Shown here piece after piece: positions 62,301 through 64,000 of a DNA stretch of 64,000 nucleotides. Position numbers and translations under genes: made by a program. Numbering within the stretch: position 1 is the stretch's first letter; each line of letters begins with the position of its first letter. Source of the DNA: Balanoglossus misakiensis (taxonomy: Eukaryota; Animalia; Hemichordata). The notes beneath the pieces are model-generated. The model saw only the letters and a program-made list of their open reading frames with translations, was not told where the DNA came from and searched no databases. The stretch lies in assembly GCA_040954595.2 (NCBI GenBank), contig CM082598.2, positions 8,757,097 through 8,821,096 on the forward strand, written 5' to 3'.

Positions 62301-64000
62301 TCTCTGCCATCATTTCTCCACTCCCAAGAACTGCGGCAATAAATTCTCTGCCATCATTTCTCCCCTCCCAAGAATGGCGGCAATAAATTCTCAGCTATCG
62401 TTTCTCCCCTCCAGAGAATGGCGGCAACAAACTCTCAGCCATCATTTCTCCCCTCCCAACAAACTCTCAGCCGTTATTTCCCCCCTCCCAAGGATGGCGG
62501 CAATAAATTCTCTGCCATCATTTCTCCCCTCCAAAGAATGGCGGCAACAAATTCTCAGCCATCATTTCTCCCCTCCCATAAAATGGCGGCAACAAATTCT
62601 CTGCTATCATTTCTCCCCTCCAAACAAACTCTCAGCCGTTATTTCCCCCCTCCCAAGGATGGCGGCAATAAATTCTCTGCCATCATTTCTCCCCTCCAAA
62701 GAATGGCGGCAACAAATTCTCAGCCATCATTTCTCCCCTCCCATAAAATGGCGGCAACAAATTCTCTGCTATCATTTCTCCCCTCCCAATAATGGCGGCC
62801 ACAAATCTTAGCCCTTATTTCTCCCCTTCCAATAATGGCGGCAACAAACTCTAAGCCCTTATTTCTCCCCTCCCAATAATGGCGGCAACAAACTATCAGC
62901 CCTTATTTCTCCCCTCCCAATAATGGCGGCAACAAACTATCAGCCCTTATTTCTCCCCTCCCAAGAATGGCGGTAACAAACTCTCAGCCCTTATTTCTCC
63001 CCTCCCAAGGATGGCGGCAATAAATTCTCTGCCATCATTTCTCCCCTCCCAAGAACTGCGGCAATAAATTCTCTGCCATCATTTCTCCCCTCCCAAGAAT
63101 GGCGGCAATAAATTCTCAGCTATCGTTTCTCCCCTCCAGAGAATGGCGGCAACAAACTCTCAGCCATCATTTCTCCCCTCCCAACAAACTCTCAGCCGTT
63201 ATTTCCCCCCTCCCAAGGATGGCGGCAATAAATTCTCTGCCATCATTTCTCCCCTCCAAAGAATGGCGGCAACAAATTCTCAGCCATCATTTCCCCCCTC
63301 CCATAAAATGGCGGCAACAAATTCTGTGCTATCATTTCTCCCCTCCCAATAATGGCGGCCACAAATCTTAGCCCTTATTTCTCCCCTCCCAAGAATAGCG
63401 GCAACAAACTCTCAGCCCTTATTTCTCCCCTCCCAAGGATGGCGGCAATAAATTCTCTGCCATCATTTCTCCCCTCACAAGAATGGCGGCAATAAATTCT
63501 CTGCCATCATTTCTCCCCTCCCAGGGATGGCGGCAATAAATTCTCTGCCATCATTTCTCCCCTCCACAGAAGGGGGGCAACAAACTCTCAGCCCTTATTT
63601 CTCCCCTCCCAAGGATGGCGGCAATAAATTCTCAGCCATCATTTTTCCCCTCCCAAGGATGGCGGCAACAAATTCTCAGCCATCATTTCTCCCCTCTCTA
63701 AAATGGCGGCAACAAATTCTCTGCTATCATTTCTCCCCTCCCAATAATGGCGGCAACAAATCTTAGCCCTTATTTCTCCCCTCCCAAGAATGGCGGCAAC
63801 AAACTCTAAGCCCTTATTTCTCCCCTCCCAATAATGGCGACAACAAACTATCAGCCCTTATTTCTCCCCTCCCAAGAATGGCGGCAACAAACTCTCAGCC
63901 CCTATTTCTCCCCTCCCAAGGAAGGCGACAATAAATTCTCAGCCATCGTTTCTCCCCTCCAGAGAATGGCGGCAACAAACTCTCAGCCATCATTTCTCCC
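47300..64000 (+). repeat. Satellite domain 5: 725/769-bp (17/18-mer) higher-order repeat with a 3052-bp tandem duplication; start approximate
   Basis: Offsets of 725 (47925/48650, 50549/51274, 52559/53284, 62374/63099), 769 (56951/57720) and 3052 (private SNP ggctgca at 54717/57769). Diagnostic variants are cccataaaatgg, aagaactgcgg, ggcggtaac and the 32-bp monomer. Confidence 0.85.

Larger units (their letters stand above)
11671..64000 (+). repeat. 44-bp tandem satellite array, right segment (continues past the window end)
   Basis: Same monomer and orientation as the left segment. I saw no inversion or foreign sequence other than a 6-bp insertion at 33964. Length variants of 31, 32, 43 and 45 bp occur. 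Confidence 0.98.

Noticed and set aside
2-63766. Hundreds of ORFs of the MAATNSQPLFLPSQEWRQQ type, and their antisense counterparts
   Set aside because: They are translations of the 44-bp monomer, which contains an ATG and few stops and cycles frame every three monomers. Indels and stops are scattered without regard to frame.
1-64000. CRISPR-like regular repeat
   Set aside because: There are no unique spacers (the whole 44 bp repeats) and no cas genes, and the context is eukaryotic.
1-64000. Definite centromere/telomere call or host species assignment
   Set aside because: No telomeric repeat or recognisable CENP-B box was seen, and I do not recognise the monomer. Location and species need external data.

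Overview
Eukaryotic (probably animal) heterochromatin-type sequence. About 92% of the window is one uninterrupted head-to-tail satellite array with a 44-bp monomer (consensus approx. ATGGCGGCAACAAACTCTCAGCCCTTATTTCTCCCCTCCCAAGA, roughly 1,300 copies, all in one orientation). The array falls into about five domains with different diagnostic variants and higher-order periods (999; 3165/2724/~8700; 308-1176; 88/176; 725/769/3052 bp). The only non-satellite DNA is one apparently full-length L1-superfamily (Tx1-like) non-LTR retrotransposon at 6442-11670. It has ORF1, a 401-bp T-rich spacer, an APE-endonuclease/RT/CCHC ORF2 broken by a single frameshift in a G9 run, AATAAA plus poly(A), and a perfect 9-12 bp target-site duplication inside a minority monomer variant. 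The hundreds of satellite ORFs are translation artefacts. Main leads: a possibly satellite-targeting Tx1-like LINE, a YY1-type motif in almost every monomer, a possible Tc1/mariner excision footprint at 33962, and an (ATTGA)5 run directly after the ORF1 stop.
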